A stretch of DNA of 64,000 nt from an uncultured archaeon. Its GTDB lineage: Archaea > EX4484-52 > JAADEF01. Positions 38,065 to 47,403 of the stretch are shown here, one piece after another. How positions within the stretch are numbered: the first letter of the stretch is position 1; every line of letters starts with the position of its first letter. The position numbers and the translations under genes are program-made. The notes beneath the pieces are model-generated. The model made no database searches and was not told the origin of the DNA. It saw only the letters and a program-made list of their open reading frames with translations. Where the stretch lies: the NCBI GenBank assembly GCA_964407715.1, contig CAYOWP010000004.1, positions 9,668-73,667 of the forward strand. The letters are read 5' to 3'.

Positions 38065-38306
38065 GCATTGTCCAATAATTCTCTATTAATAAAATTTTGT
38101 TAAGCGGAAACATAATCTATCAAAGAAGCGCATTAGAGCAGCAAACATTATAGAGCTAATGCGATTGTAAGAGCAAATTTTCTCGTTAACAAATCCTTAT
38201 TAAAAAATTATTGGACAATTTGTTAATAGGAGGCATAGCCATATTCAACGGGTTAACTGCTCTAATGCGCTTCTGCGAGAGGTTATGTTTCTGCTTTACA
38301 ATGCCG
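38065..38306. mobile_element. MITE-like element copy with an inverted partial duplicate
   Basis: 5' TIR GCATTGTCCAATAATTCTCTATTAATAAAATTTTGTTAAGCGGAAAC; 3' TTCTCGTTAACAAATCCTTATTAAAAAATTATTGGACAAT; then an inverted fragment GGTTAACTGCTCTAATGCGCTTCT, the reverse complement of the AGAAGCGCATTAGAGCAGC core. Confidence 0.7.
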
Positions 38307-38362
38307 TAAATGATGTTAATGAAGTTTAAATTTAAAAGTTTTTCTAAAAAGAATATTTCCTT

Positions 38363-39430
38363 ATGCAATCATATGAATGGTCAAAAGAGAAATATTATAG
38401 TTTTCTGTTGGATAATGAGTGTATAGGTTTTCATGAACAAGGCATAAAGTTGAAATCAGGAAGATTGTCTCCATTTTATGCAAACCTTAGGATATTAACA
38501 GACACTACTGAAAAAGCAAAGGAGTTGGCATCTTATATCATTAATTTTTCAAAAGATAAAGGAATCATAGATGATCCTAATATCCTTTTTTATGGTGTTC
38601 CTGAGGGTGCAACAAAAGCAGGGTTTTTTGCACAACTACAACTTATCCAAAACTATAAGATGGCTCAACCATATATCTTGAGTGATAATACCTCTTTTAA
38701 AAACCAACCACTTCTATATCCGCTTTCACACCTTGAAGCTATAGCATCTTTAATACTTGATAGATTAGAAAAGGAAAAGCTTGAGATTAAAGCAATTGAT
38801 ACGATTTATGGTGATCCAAAAACCATTTATCGAGAGGTGTCTTTGTTATTAGGAGCAAAATGCTATGAGAAATATAAGAAAGATTATTATCTCGTTTTAG
38901 GAAGGATAAAACCAAAAAGCCATGGCCTGGCTCGTGATAGATACTTCATAGGAAAACCAAAAGGAAATGTGCTTATATTAGCACATAATGAGCAAAGAGC
39001 TGAAGAATTGGAAAAACAAGTTAGAGAAATAGAAGATATTAAGCAAATATATAAAGTTGTTATTAATGCAGAGATGCATTATCATAAGCCATCAATACCT
39101 GCTTATAATATCATACTCATAGAGGATGTAACCACAACAGGTGGTTCTGCAATTAAAGAAGTTAAGAACATGCTTTCCATGGGCTTCTCAGTTAAGGGGG
39201 TTATAGCGTTATTTAACAGGAATGAGATAAACGAGGAAGGCACAACAATAGAGGAAGAGCTTAATAAGTTGGGTGTTTCTTATTATGCCATGGCTAATGC
39301 ACTTGATTTGCTTCCTGAGGCTGCTAAGAGAAAGAAGATAGATAAAGAGATGATAGAAAAAGTGATTTCATATTATAAAAAATATGGTGCTCATGATAAA
39401 GAAGGAATAAGAAAAATCCCAATTTTTTAG
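38363..39430 (+). CDS. pyrE: orotate phosphoribosyltransferase-like protein with large insertions
   Basis: LKSGRLSPFYANLR (OPRTase hood motif) and NIILIEDVTTTGGSA (PRPP-binding); 355 aa versus ~180-210 typical; adjacent to pyrF. Confidence 0.6.
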   Translation: MQSYEWSKEKYYSFLLDNECIGFHEQGIKLKSGRLSPFYANLRILTDTTEKAKELASYIINFSKDKGIIDDPNILFYGVPEGATKAGFFAQLQLIQNYKMAQPYILSDNTSFKNQPLLYPLSHLEAIASLILDRLEKEKLEIKAIDTIYGDPKTIYREVSLLLGAKCYEKYKKDYYLVLGRIKPKSHGLARDRYFIGKPKGNVLILAHNEQRAEELEKQVREIEDIKQIYKVVINAEMHYHKPSIPAYNIILIEDVTTTGGSAIKEVKNMLSMGFSVKGVIALFNRNEINEEGTTIEEELNKLGVSYYAMANALDLLPEAAKRKKIDKEMIEKVISYYKKYGAHDKEGIRKIPIF

Positions 39431-39444
39431 AGGAGGTAATACCC

Positions 39445-40173
39445 ATGGAAGATAGAAAAAGATTAATCGAGAAACCTCGAAGGATTATTGTTGCATGTGA
39501 TGTCGAAACATTAAATGAGTATGAAGAAATAATAAAGAAAACATATGATCACCCTGCCATTGGTGGGTATAAAATTGGCTCTTTATTGGCTATTACATAT
39601 AGTCTTCCTCGTCTTGTTGAAATAACACGCAAATATACTCAGAAACCCATAATCTATGATCATCAAAAAGCAGGCACAGATATACCTGACCTCGGTAAGA
39701 AATTCATGAAGACAGTCAAATATGCTGGTACTGATGCCATAATAGTTTTCCCTCTTTCAGGATCTTTGGTATTAGAGAAATGGGTAAAAGCAGCATACGA
39801 TGAAGGATTATATGTTTTGGTTGGTGGCTTAATGACACATAAGCAGTTTTTGATAAGTGAAGGGGGGTATATAGGTGATAAAGAGGTATATGATATTTAT
39901 AAAAGGGCTGCACAATTGGGAGTAAGGGATTTTGTTGTACCCGGAACAAAACCTGAAGAAATAAGGAAGATAAAAGATATATTGATAGAATCTAACATAG
40001 AACCTATTTTTTATTCTCCTGGATTGATTACTCAAGGAGGAGAAATCACAGAAGCTGGAAAAGCAGCAGGTAAGGAATGGCATGCCATAATTGGTCGCGC
40101 AATTTATGCATCAAAAGATGTCCGCAAAACTCTTGATGAGCTATATAAAGCAATAAAGGAAAGCGAAAATTAA
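39445..40173 (+). CDS. pyrF: orotidine 5'-phosphate decarboxylase
   Basis: [12 protein letters not shown] (DxKxxDIP catalytic motif), [17 protein letters not shown]-terminal motif; 242 aa. Confidence 0.75.
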   Translation: MEDRKRLIEKPRRIIVACDVETLNEYEEIIKKTYDHPAIGGYKIGSLLAITYSLPRLVEITRKYTQKPIIYDHQKAGTDIPDLGKKFMKTVKYAGTDAIIVFPLSGSLVLEKWVKAAYDEGLYVLVGGLMTHKQFLISEGGYIGDKEVYDIYKRAAQLGVRDFVVPGTKPEEIRKIKDILIESNIEPIFYSPGLITQGGEITEAGKAAGKEWHAIIGRAIYASKDVRKTLDELYKAIKESEN

Positions 40174-42941
40174 CCAACATATCCCATAATCTCTGCAGGC
40201 GTCTTCAATGCAGCCTTTTTCATTTTCTCAACTTTCTCTTTATATCTTTCAATAGTTTCCTTATCTATTGATGGCTTTATTATCTTCAGAGCCTCCATGA
40301 AATCATCTCGTGTTACCTCTCTTGCATTTATATTCTTCCTTAAAGCAATTATACCTGCCTCTTTACAAAGATTAGCAATATCAGCACCTACAAATCCCTC
40401 TGTTAAATCAGCCAACTCCTCAAGGCTAACATCAGAGGATAAAGGCATTTTTCTTGTATGAACCTCCAATATCTTCAAACGTGTTTCTCTATCAGGAACA
40501 GGAATATATATCTGCCTATCAAACCTTCCTGCTCTCAATAATGCTGGATCCACGATATCAGGTCTATTGGTTGCAGCAATGACAACCACATTCTCTAACT
40601 TCTCTAAGCCATCCAATTCTGTAAGAAGCTGAGTGATTATTCTATCTGTTACCTCGTTTCCTATGCCAAGCCCTCTTCTTGGAGCTATGGCATCTATCTC
40701 ATCTATAAATATGATAGCAGGCGCTACCTGTTTTGCCTTCTTAAACACGTCCCTTATTCTCTTCTCACTTTCTCCAACCCATTTGTTAAGTATTTCTGGT
40801 CCTTTAATATATATGAAGTTTGCCTCAGATTCATTAGCCACTGCTTTGGCAAGCAATGTTTTTCCTGTACCTGGCAATCCATATAGCAGTACTCCTTTAG
40901 GAGGTTCAATACTTAATCTCTTAAATGATTCTGGATATTTAAGCGGCCATTCTACCATCTCCTTTAATTGTTGCTTTACATCTTCCAAGCCACCAATATC
41001 ATCCCATGTTACATTTGGCACTTCTATAAGTACCTCTCTCATTGCAGAGGGTTCAACATAGTTTAATGCGTGTTTAAAATCCTCATATGTCACATATAGC
41101 TTTGAGATATCTTCCTCAAGAATCTCCTCATCTGGAGATATCTTGTCAAGCAATCTTCTTAGAGCATTCATAGCAGCTTCCTTTACCAATGCCTCCAAAT
41201 CAGCACCCACAAACCCATGAGTTAATTTTGAGAGTTCATCAATCATATTATCAACGGATTTATCAATTATCTCTTCCTCATATTTTCCAAATAATTTCAA
41301 GATGTTGAATAAAGACTCTACATCCTCATCATTAAGTTTGGATAACTTCTCTATGAATTTGTTATTTAATCCCATGCCTCTGCATATTTCAAGCAATTTT
41401 TTCTTATCGAATTTAATCACATAAGCATTCCTTATCTTCCTAAGATAAGGAAAATCTCTTTCCACCAAATCCTCCAAAATCTCTTTATATTCATCTTTAT
41501 TTATTATGCTCTCAAATTTCATTATGTTCTTTTCTAATTCATCCCATGATATTTCTCTATCAGGATAATGAATAAATACGAACTCTTTTATGTTATCCAA
41601 TATCATTGTATAATATCTCTTTAAGATTTCCATCCTTTCAATGCTACTTATGTTGGAGAATAAAGAAATAAACCTTCTTTTTAATCCATTTATCGCCTTC
41701 TTATTATCTACCTTGCAAAGAATAATCTCAAATGCTATGTTATCATCCCAGTGATATAAAGGCATATTTCGAGTTTTTATTTGAAGAATCTCTTTTCTTC
41801 CATCCTTATTTGGCACTCCTATCTCAATTTCCCTATCAAATCTTCCAGGTCTCCTTAATGCAGGATCCAATGCTTCTGGGCGATTGGTTGCACCTATCAC
41901 CACAACTTGGCCTCTTCCTTTTAACCCATCCATGCTTGCTAATAATTGAGCCACTATTCTTCTTTCAACCTCTCCAAGAACATCCTCACGTTTTGGTGCT
42001 ATGGCATCTATCTCATCTATGAATATGATAGCAGGAGCATTCTCCTCTGCCTCTTTAAATATATCCCTTATCTTTTTTTCGCTCTCTCCATACCACTTAC
42101 TCGTTATCTCAGGTCCATTTATGGAGATGAATCTTGTGCCTGCTTCATTGGCAACTGCTTTAGCAATCATTGTCTTACCTGTGCCAGGAGGCCCATAAAG
42201 CAGTATTCCTTTTGGTGGCTCTATGCCCAATCTCTCAAATAATCGAGGATGTTTTAAAGGCAATTCTATCATCTCCCTTATCTTTTTTATAGTCTCACTT
42301 AAACCCCCTATATCTTCATAGCTTATGGAAGGAATGCTCTCTTCCTCTCTTATCTCCACTGCCTTAGAAAGCACCTTTACATTAGTTAGTTCTGTTATCT
42401 TAACAATGCCAAGAGGTTTTGTATCCACAACCTTAAATTGTATTTCTTGCAATCCAAAATTAAAGAAATCATCCCTTGAAGGTGGGAAAAATCTTGCGCT
42501 TCTTTTATTATATGGAAGGACAATATCTCCCTTGGTAACAACTCGATTCATCATTATTCTCTTAACATATTCATTTGGCATATGTAGAATAATTCCCTTC
42601 TCTGCTGGTGCAAGAACAACTTCCTTTGCCTCTCTAACATTGGCTCTTCTTACCTTCACTATCTCTCCTATGCTCGTACCTGCATTTCTTCTTGTTATAC
42701 CATCCATCCTTATAATGTTAATGCCTATATCTGAGGGATATGCCCTTAAAGCTATAGCAGCAGTTTTTCTTGATCCCTCTATCTCAACAACCTCTCCCTC
42801 TCTTATCCCTATTTCCTCCATCTTTTTTGAATCTATTCTCACTATATTGACCCCTATATCTGATTGAATACTACTTGGAATCTCAGCAACTTTTAATAGA
42901 ATCTCTCCCTTCGGTTCTTTTTCATCATGCTTCTCTTCCAT
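40170..42941 (-). CDS. cdc48: CDC48/VCP-like AAA+ ATPase (double AAA domain)
   Basis: Two Walker A sites ([20 protein letters not shown]; [20 protein letters not shown]), two Walker [13 protein letters not shown] sites, N-terminal double-psi barrel region; 923 aa. Confidence 0.9.
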   Translation of the reverse strand: MEEKHDEKEPKGEILLKVAEIPSSIQSDIGVNIVRIDSKKMEEIGIREGEVVEIEGSRKTAAIALRAYPSDIGINIIRMDGITRRNAGTSIGEIVKVRRANVREAKEVVLAPAEKGIILHMPNEYVKRIMMNRVVTKGDIVLPYNKRSARFFPPSRDDFFNFGLQEIQFKVVDTKPLGIVKITELTNVKVLSKAVEIREEESIPSISYEDIGGLSETIKKIREMIELPLKHPRLFERLGIEPPKGILLYGPPGTGKTMIAKAVANEAGTRFISINGPEITSKWYGESEKKIRDIFKEAEENAPAIIFIDEIDAIAPKREDVLGEVERRIVAQLLASMDGLKGRGQVVVIGATNRPEALDPALRRPGRFDREIEIGVPNKDGRKEILQIKTRNMPLYHWDDNIAFEIILCKVDNKKAINGLKRRFISLFSNISSIERMEILKRYYTMILDNIKEFVFIHYPDREISWDELEKNIMKFESIINKDEYKEILEDLVERDFPYLRKIRNAYVIKFDKKKLLEICRGMGLNNKFIEKLSKLNDEDVESLFNILKLFGKYEEEIIDKSVDNMIDELSKLTHGFVGADLEALVKEAAMNALRRLLDKISPDEEILEEDISKLYVTYEDFKHALNYVEPSAMREVLIEVPNVTWDDIGGLEDVKQQLKEMVEWPLKYPESFKRLSIEPPKGVLLYGLPGTGKTLLAKAVANESEANFIYIKGPEILNKWVGESEKRIRDVFKKAKQVAPAIIFIDEIDAIAPRRGLGIGNEVTDRIITQLLTELDGLEKLENVVVIAATNRPDIVDPALLRAGRFDRQIYIPVPDRETRLKILEVHTRKMPLSSDVSLEELADLTEGFVGADIANLCKEAGIIALRKNINAREVTRDDFMEALKIIKPSIDKETIERYKEKVEKMKKAALKTPAEIMGYVG

Positions 42942-42977
42942 AAATGATAATATAAGAGGGTGTATTTATAAATGTTT

Positions 42978-43334
42978 TTAAATAAAACTAACCTTTAATC
43001 TTTCTCCTTTCTCGGCCTTAAAGTTTTCTCTTGCATCGACCTCAAGAACATATTTATATGGAACCTCAGAACAATAAAGCTTCCATGTGCTTGGATCAAA
43101 ACTGATTTTCTTGGCATACTGAACATCCACAACCTCCAATCTCTTATTTAAAAAATAAAGATGGAGATCATATCTCATAAATAGCATACAAATTCTATGT
43201 CTTCTCTCGCTTTTGAATTCTAAAAGCGCATTGCCCTTCTTTTTAAACATTAAACCTCTCACTAATTCAAAATAGCATTTTTTATGCTCCGCTTCTATCT
43301 CCGAAGACCTACTTTTTATCAAAACCTTTGCCAT
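42978..43334 (-). CDS. DUF192 family protein
   Basis: 118 aa; GLMF...CMLFMR pattern resembling COG1430/DUF192. Confidence 0.45.
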   Translation of the reverse strand: MAKVLIKSRSSEIEAEHKKCYFELVRGLMFKKKGNALLEFKSERRHRICMLFMRYDLHLYFLNKRLEVVDVQYAKKISFDPSTWKLYCSEVPYKYVLEVDARENFKAEKGERLKVSFI

Positions 43335-43359
43335 ATGAAATCAACAACCTCGATGGATG

Positions 43360-44118
43360 TTATTCTATAAACATCTTTATCTCTCCATTATTCCATTTTC
43401 TTATTATCTCCTTTGATGCTCTTTCTAAATCTTCTTCACCATTACTTAAATAAAACTTTCTTCTTATAGCATATTCCCTTAATATATCCGTTGGCTCTTT
43501 TGATGCAATGTTCTTTATCTTTAGTAGCTCCTCAAGGTTATTCTCATATCTCTTAGAATATTCAAGTAACAACAAAGCATGCTTAAGACATTCCTGTTTT
43601 TCAGGATTAACATTTCCTCTAAATACAATGAAATCCTCTGGCTTTTTAGCATTTATTATTCCTGCGGTATCTATGAGTAAGATATCCTCTTTAAGCTTTA
43701 TCCATTGATACTTTTTTGTATAAGCTGGTAAAGGAGATGTCTTAGCTTTTTGTGATCTTGTTAAGAGATTTATAAGAGAGGACTTTCCAACATTTGTGTA
43801 TCCTATAATCCCAACCTTAACTTTTTTGGTTCCTGTGGTTTTCTTAACTTTATGTGATAAGAGATATATTAGCTTTTTAACGCTATTTACTCCCTTTCTT
43901 TCTTTATATGAGGCATATGCTGTAGGAAAAGGCAATGATTTAAGCTTTTTCTCTAATTTTGATTTCTCAACCAAATCGCATTTCATTGCTACAATCATCA
44001 ATAATTTCCCTTTATTCACTATTCTTTTTTCTAATGGTTCACATCTAGTAAAATCTATTGCTCTACTATCCACAACCTCTATAATTATATTGCTCTCATT
44101 TATTATTCTATTTATCAT
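43360..44118 (-). CDS. circularly permuted GTPase (YlqF/YawG-like)
   Basis: G4-like MKCDL precedes G1 GYTNVGKSS and G3 DTAG, a permuted order; 252 aa. Confidence 0.7.
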   Translation of the reverse strand: MINRIINESNIIIEVVDSRAIDFTRCEPLEKRIVNKGKLLMIVAMKCDLVEKSKLEKKLKSLPFPTAYASYKERKGVNSVKKLIYLLSHKVKKTTGTKKVKVGIIGYTNVGKSSLINLLTRSQKAKTSPLPAYTKKYQWIKLKEDILLIDTAGIINAKKPEDFIVFRGNVNPEKQECLKHALLLLEYSKRYENNLEELLKIKNIASKEPTDILREYAIRRKFYLSNGEEDLERASKEIIRKWNNGEIKMFIE

Positions 44119-44148
44119 AATTAGATAACTCTAAAAGAAATTTTAAAA

Positions 44149-44522
44149 GCATTGTCCAATAATTCTTTGTTGTTAAGCGGAAAAGTAACCTCTTAAAGAA
44201 GCGCATTAAAGTAGCGAACCTTGTAGAGCTAATGCGATTTAAAAGGTTAGCTGCTTTATTGCCTTTTGAGAAGGTACATCTCTAACCTCTCGTTAAAGAT
44301 TAGCTGCTCTGATGTGTGTTGTTGATGTGGTATGCTTCCTGTTAACCATGTTTTATTAAAAACATAGTTAACGAGAAAATATCTTCATTCACTCATGGAA
44401 TGCAGCATGTTAATCTTTCGTTAAATGTTAGTTGCTTCATAACCATTATAAAGAGTTAGCCGCTATAAGTGCTATTTGCGCGTTAAATTTCCGCTTAACA
44501 ATAAAGAATTATTGGACAATAC
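44149..44522. mobile_element. MITE-like composite element (374 bp) bounded by ~35-bp terminal inverted repeats and carrying hairpin-repeat cargo
   Basis: 5' GCATTGTCCAATAATTCTTTGTTGTTAAGCGGAAAAG; 3' TTTCCGCTTAACAATAAAGAATTATTGGACAATAC (reverse complement); the interior has GGTTAGCTGCT, GATTAGCTGCTC and a long GTTAACCATGTTTTATTAAAAACATAGTTAAC hairpin. Confidence 0.75.
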
Positions 44523-44608
44523 CTTTTTAAAAAGTATGGCGATAAATTTAAAAAATTTTAAAACATAATTATAATATATCCTCTGTAAAATCAGGAGGTG
44601 AATAAGAA

Positions 44609-44815
44609 ATGGCAGATGTAAAAGGAAAGAGTGCATGGGACTGGATTGCAATTGTGTTGGTGATTATAGGGGGTCTAAATCTTGGTATATTGGGATTGTT
44701 CAATGTTGATGTGATAGGAAAGATATTTGAGAGTGTAGAGGTTGTAGCAAGAATTATATATGTCTTAATAGGTCTTGCTGCACTATATATGATATATTTC
44801 GCAACAAAAGAATAG
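44609..44815 (+). CDS. DUF378 family small membrane protein
   Basis: 68 aa; WDWIAIVLVIIGGLNLGILGLF motif; strong SD AGGAGGTG 8 nt upstream. Confidence 0.6.
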   Translation: MADVKGKSAWDWIAIVLVIIGGLNLGILGLFNVDVIGKIFESVEVVARIIYVLIGLAALYMIYFATKE

Positions 44816-44850
44816 CCTCCATTTTTTTTGTTTTTAATTTTCTTCTTATA

Positions 44851-45645
44851 TTATATTTTTCGTATTATATTTAGGAGTTGTTGTAATATATTAGGGAATG
44901 TCTCTCTCCGTATTTTATAATACATCTCTTTGAATTCCTCTATCAACTCTGGATTAGAGGAATCTCTATCATATAAATTCCAAACACATGGTGGTAATAC
45001 AAGATATTTATTATATAATGAGATTGAATGTGCTACCCTATCAAAATAGCTTAAATCTTCATCAATATAAGCAAAATAAATATTCATAATATGAGGTGAT
45101 TTCATCTTAAAATATTCCATAAAAATATATCCTCCTGTGATGATAAACGATTTCTTACTCTCTTCATTAAGCTCATCAAAACTTCTTACTCTTTCACCAA
45201 AGTAAATTATATTTACTTTATCGAAAGCTCTTATGAATTTCTTCTTAGGTGTTTTCTCTATATCTTTGTTTTTTAGCCATATTGCAAGATTAATATATTT
45301 TTCTTTTCCTTTTCTTTTTACTCCATCTATTTCCACACAACTGTATTTTATATCTTTCCTTTCAAGGATTTCCTTAACTCTTGGTTCTAATTCTTCCTCA
45401 TACTCTCCAAGAATGAATGCTGCAGAGCCATCTATAGATTTTTTAGCTGCATAAGAGAAAATCTCTTCATAAAGCTTATCAGAAATATCTATTTTAATAT
45501 CTGCACATACTCTTATCATAGGTTTTTCAAAATTCTTTATCTTCTTATATATCAGATCAACCATATCCCTATACTCAATTATGACTTTGACATCATCATG
45601 AGTGTTCATATGCCAATTTATTATTTTAGAAAACTTTAAAAACAT
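44851..45645 (-). CDS. hypothetical protein
   Basis: 264-aa ORF with no motif I can recognise; flanked on both sides by MITE-like copies. Confidence 0.35.
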   Translation of the reverse strand: MFLKFSKIINWHMNTHDDVKVIIEYRDMVDLIYKKIKNFEKPMIRVCADIKIDISDKLYEEIFSYAAKKSIDGSAAFILGEYEEELEPRVKEILERKDIKYSCVEIDGVKRKGKEKYINLAIWLKNKDIEKTPKKKFIRAFDKVNIIYFGERVRSFDELNEESKKSFIITGGYIFMEYFKMKSPHIMNIYFAYIDEDLSYFDRVAHSISLYNKYLVLPPCVWNLYDRDSSNPELIEEFKEMYYKIRRETFPNILQQLLNIIRKI

Positions 45646-45656
45646 TACTCATAAAT

Positions 45657-45784
45657 GGCATTGTCCAATAATTCCCTATTAACAAAATTTGTTAAGCGGA
45701 AAAATAGCCTTTTAAAGAAGCGCATCAGAGCAGCAAAGCTTATTGAGCTAAGCGATTGTAGGAGCAAATTTTCTCGTTAACAAA
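45657..45784. repeat. Truncated MITE-like copy (5' TIR plus core only)
   Basis: GGCATTGTCCAATAATTCCCTATTAACAAAATTTGTTAAGCGGAAAAA...AAGAAGCGCATCAGAGCAGCAAAG...TTCTCGTTAACAAAAC; lacks the distal TTATTGGACAAT. Confidence 0.65.
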
Positions 45785-45831
45785 ACAAAAAATAATAAAA
45801 TAAAAAAAGATTTTTCTTTTAAAATTTGCGG

Positions 45832-45954
45832 TTATATTTTTTCTTCCTTATGTAACCAGTAAAGAACTCCGCCAATGATCAACAAAACCACAATAACAAC
45901 TACTGCAATTACATAAGGGTCACTCAAATTTATCCCTGCTATTTCAGCGGCCAT
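45832..45954 (-). CDS. possible 40-aa single-TM peptide
   Basis: Hand-translated MAAEIAGINLSDPYVIAVVVIVVLLIIGGVLYWLHKEEKI; SD AAAGGAGGTG 7 nt upstream; 13 nt downstream of the regulator gene on the same strand. Confidence 0.35.
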   Translation of the reverse strand: MAAEIAGINLSDPYVIAVVVIVVLLIIGGVLYWLHKEEKI

Positions 45955-45967
45955 TTTTTCACCTCCT

Positions 45968-46459
45968 TTATTTTTTTGATATACTCATGTTGTTCTCCAT
46001 ATTTAATGATGATAAATATTTCATCGTCTTTGAGAATATCAAAATCCCTATATTCAATTTTTCATATTCTCTTATTATCCTTCTAACATTTTCCCTAATA
46101 GTACCATCTTCTATTTTGTTTAGGTTTTTAGATAAATAATCAATTAAAGGTTTGATTTCAGTTTCAAGAAAATCATTTATCATATTATTAAATCCATCAA
46201 TCAAAGAGGTATTGGCAGAGTAATAGATCTCTTTACCTTTTTTTGTTATGTTAATCATATTTAACTCCCTCAATTTTTTTAAACTTCTACTTATAAGACC
46301 TCTACTATATCTTATGCCTTTTTCTATCTCCTCTTGTGTCATTGGTTTTGAGTTAAATAATAAGAAACCCCATACCTTTCCTACAGATTTTCCTAAGCCC
46401 CATTGCTTTGACATCTTTTCAAATGATGATAACACTTTTTTTATATTTATCTCTTTCAT
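45968..46459 (-). CDS. winged-helix transcriptional regulator (MarR/TrmB-like)
   Basis: 163 aa; N-terminal wHTH WGFLLFNSKPMTQEEIEKGIRYSRGLISRSLKKLRELNMI; C-terminal helical region. Confidence 0.5.
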   Translation of the reverse strand: MKEINIKKVLSSFEKMSKQWGLGKSVGKVWGFLLFNSKPMTQEEIEKGIRYSRGLISRSLKKLRELNMINITKKGKEIYYSANTSLIDGFNNMINDFLETEIKPLIDYLSKNLNKIEDGTIRENVRRIIREYEKLNIGILIFSKTMKYLSSLNMENNMSISKK

Positions 46460-46564
46460 GTTATCACCTTCATTTTACTTTTTACTAAAAAGTATAATAG
46501 TACAATGATAAATATATAATTTTAAAATTTTTAAAAATTATCTCTACTTTAATATTACTGAGTG

Positions 46565-46625
46565 CACCATCCTGTTGAAGGATGGTGACACGCCAGCGGA
46601 TTTATGAGGCTGGCATGTGGAGTGT
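46565..46625 (+). promoter_or_regulatory. two consecutive perfect hairpins in the uS2 leader
   Basis: CACCATCC-tgttgaa-GGATGGTG (8-bp stem), then GCCAGC-ggatttatgag-GCTGGC. Confidence 0.25.
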
Positions 46626-46725
46626 GAATCAAATGCCTAAAAGAAAAATGCAAAGAAAAAAATCAGATAAAAAATATAGCAAGAAAAGGCAAAGACTTCA
46701 AAGGTCAAGTTCTGATAAGGAAATA

Positions 46726-47391
46726 ATGGCAAATGCTAAAAAAGAGAAGAGGGAAGATATCTCTAAGGAGGCAGAAACAAAATTCTTAATACCTTTAAAT
46801 CAATATTTAGCTACAGGAATACATATAGGAATGAGAGCAAGAACAAAAGATATGGAGAAGTTTATTTATAAAATCAGACAAGATAAATTGGCTGTGTTTG
46901 ATATATCAAAAGTAGATGAACGCATAAGATTAGCAGCAAATTTGTTAAGTACATATGAACCAAATGAGATATTAGCAGTAAGTAGAAAAAGAAATGGACA
47001 CAAGCCTGTATATATGTTTGCAAAAGCAACTGGTGCTAATTGCTTTTATGGTAGATTTATGCCCGGCACACTCACAAATCCAAATTATGAAAAATATATG
47101 GAACCAAAAATCATTATTATAACTGATCCCTTTGCTGATAGCCAAGCATTTCAGGAAGCAATAAAATCAAATATCACAATCATAGCCATGTGCGATACAT
47201 TTGATCAAACAAAATATATCGATTTAGTGATTCCAATGAACAATAAAGGAAGAAAAAGTGTTGCTTTGGCGTATTATCTCCTTGCAAAAGAATACTTAAA
47301 ATTAAGAGGAGAGATAAAATCAGATGATGAGTTTCCATATAAATTAAAAGATTTTGAGATGCCAATTGCTGCTAAAAGGAATATTGTTTAA
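46726..47391 (+). CDS. rps2: ribosomal protein uS2
   Basis: From Met49 of the 269-aa ORF the sequence (FLIPLNQYLATGIHIGMRARTKDMEKFIYKIRQD...IPMNNKGRKSVALAYYLLAKEYLKLRGEI) aligns from memory along its length with archaeal uS2; the upstream in-frame 48 codons (start 46582) are Lys/Arg-rich and probably untranslated. Confidence 0.85.
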   Translation: MANAKKEKREDISKEAETKFLIPLNQYLATGIHIGMRARTKDMEKFIYKIRQDKLAVFDISKVDERIRLAANLLSTYEPNEILAVSRKRNGHKPVYMFAKATGANCFYGRFMPGTLTNPNYEKYMEPKIIIITDPFADSQAFQEAIKSNITIIAMCDTFDQTKYIDLVIPMNNKGRKSVALAYYLLAKEYLKLRGEIKSDDEFPYKLKDFEMPIAAKRNIV

Positions 47392-47403
47392 AAAGGTGAT
47401 TCT

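Noticed and set aside
40633-42867. Several 60-180-aa plus-strand ORFs inside cdc48 (40633-41061, 41732-42242, 42325-42867)
   Set aside because: Shadow ORFs antisense to a strongly supported AAA+ gene. They are low-complexity Ser/Leu/Ile-rich translations.
40170-42941. Possible intein in CDC48
   Set aside because: The insert lacks a nucleophilic first residue, a terminal His-Asn followed by C/S/T, and homing-endonuclease motifs. It reads as a helical expansion.
46582-46725. Using the upstream ATG at 46582 as the uS2 start
   Set aside because: uS2 homology starts at Met49 with an AAGG upstream. The upstream 48 codons are low-complexity Lys/Arg-rich sequence and probably leader.
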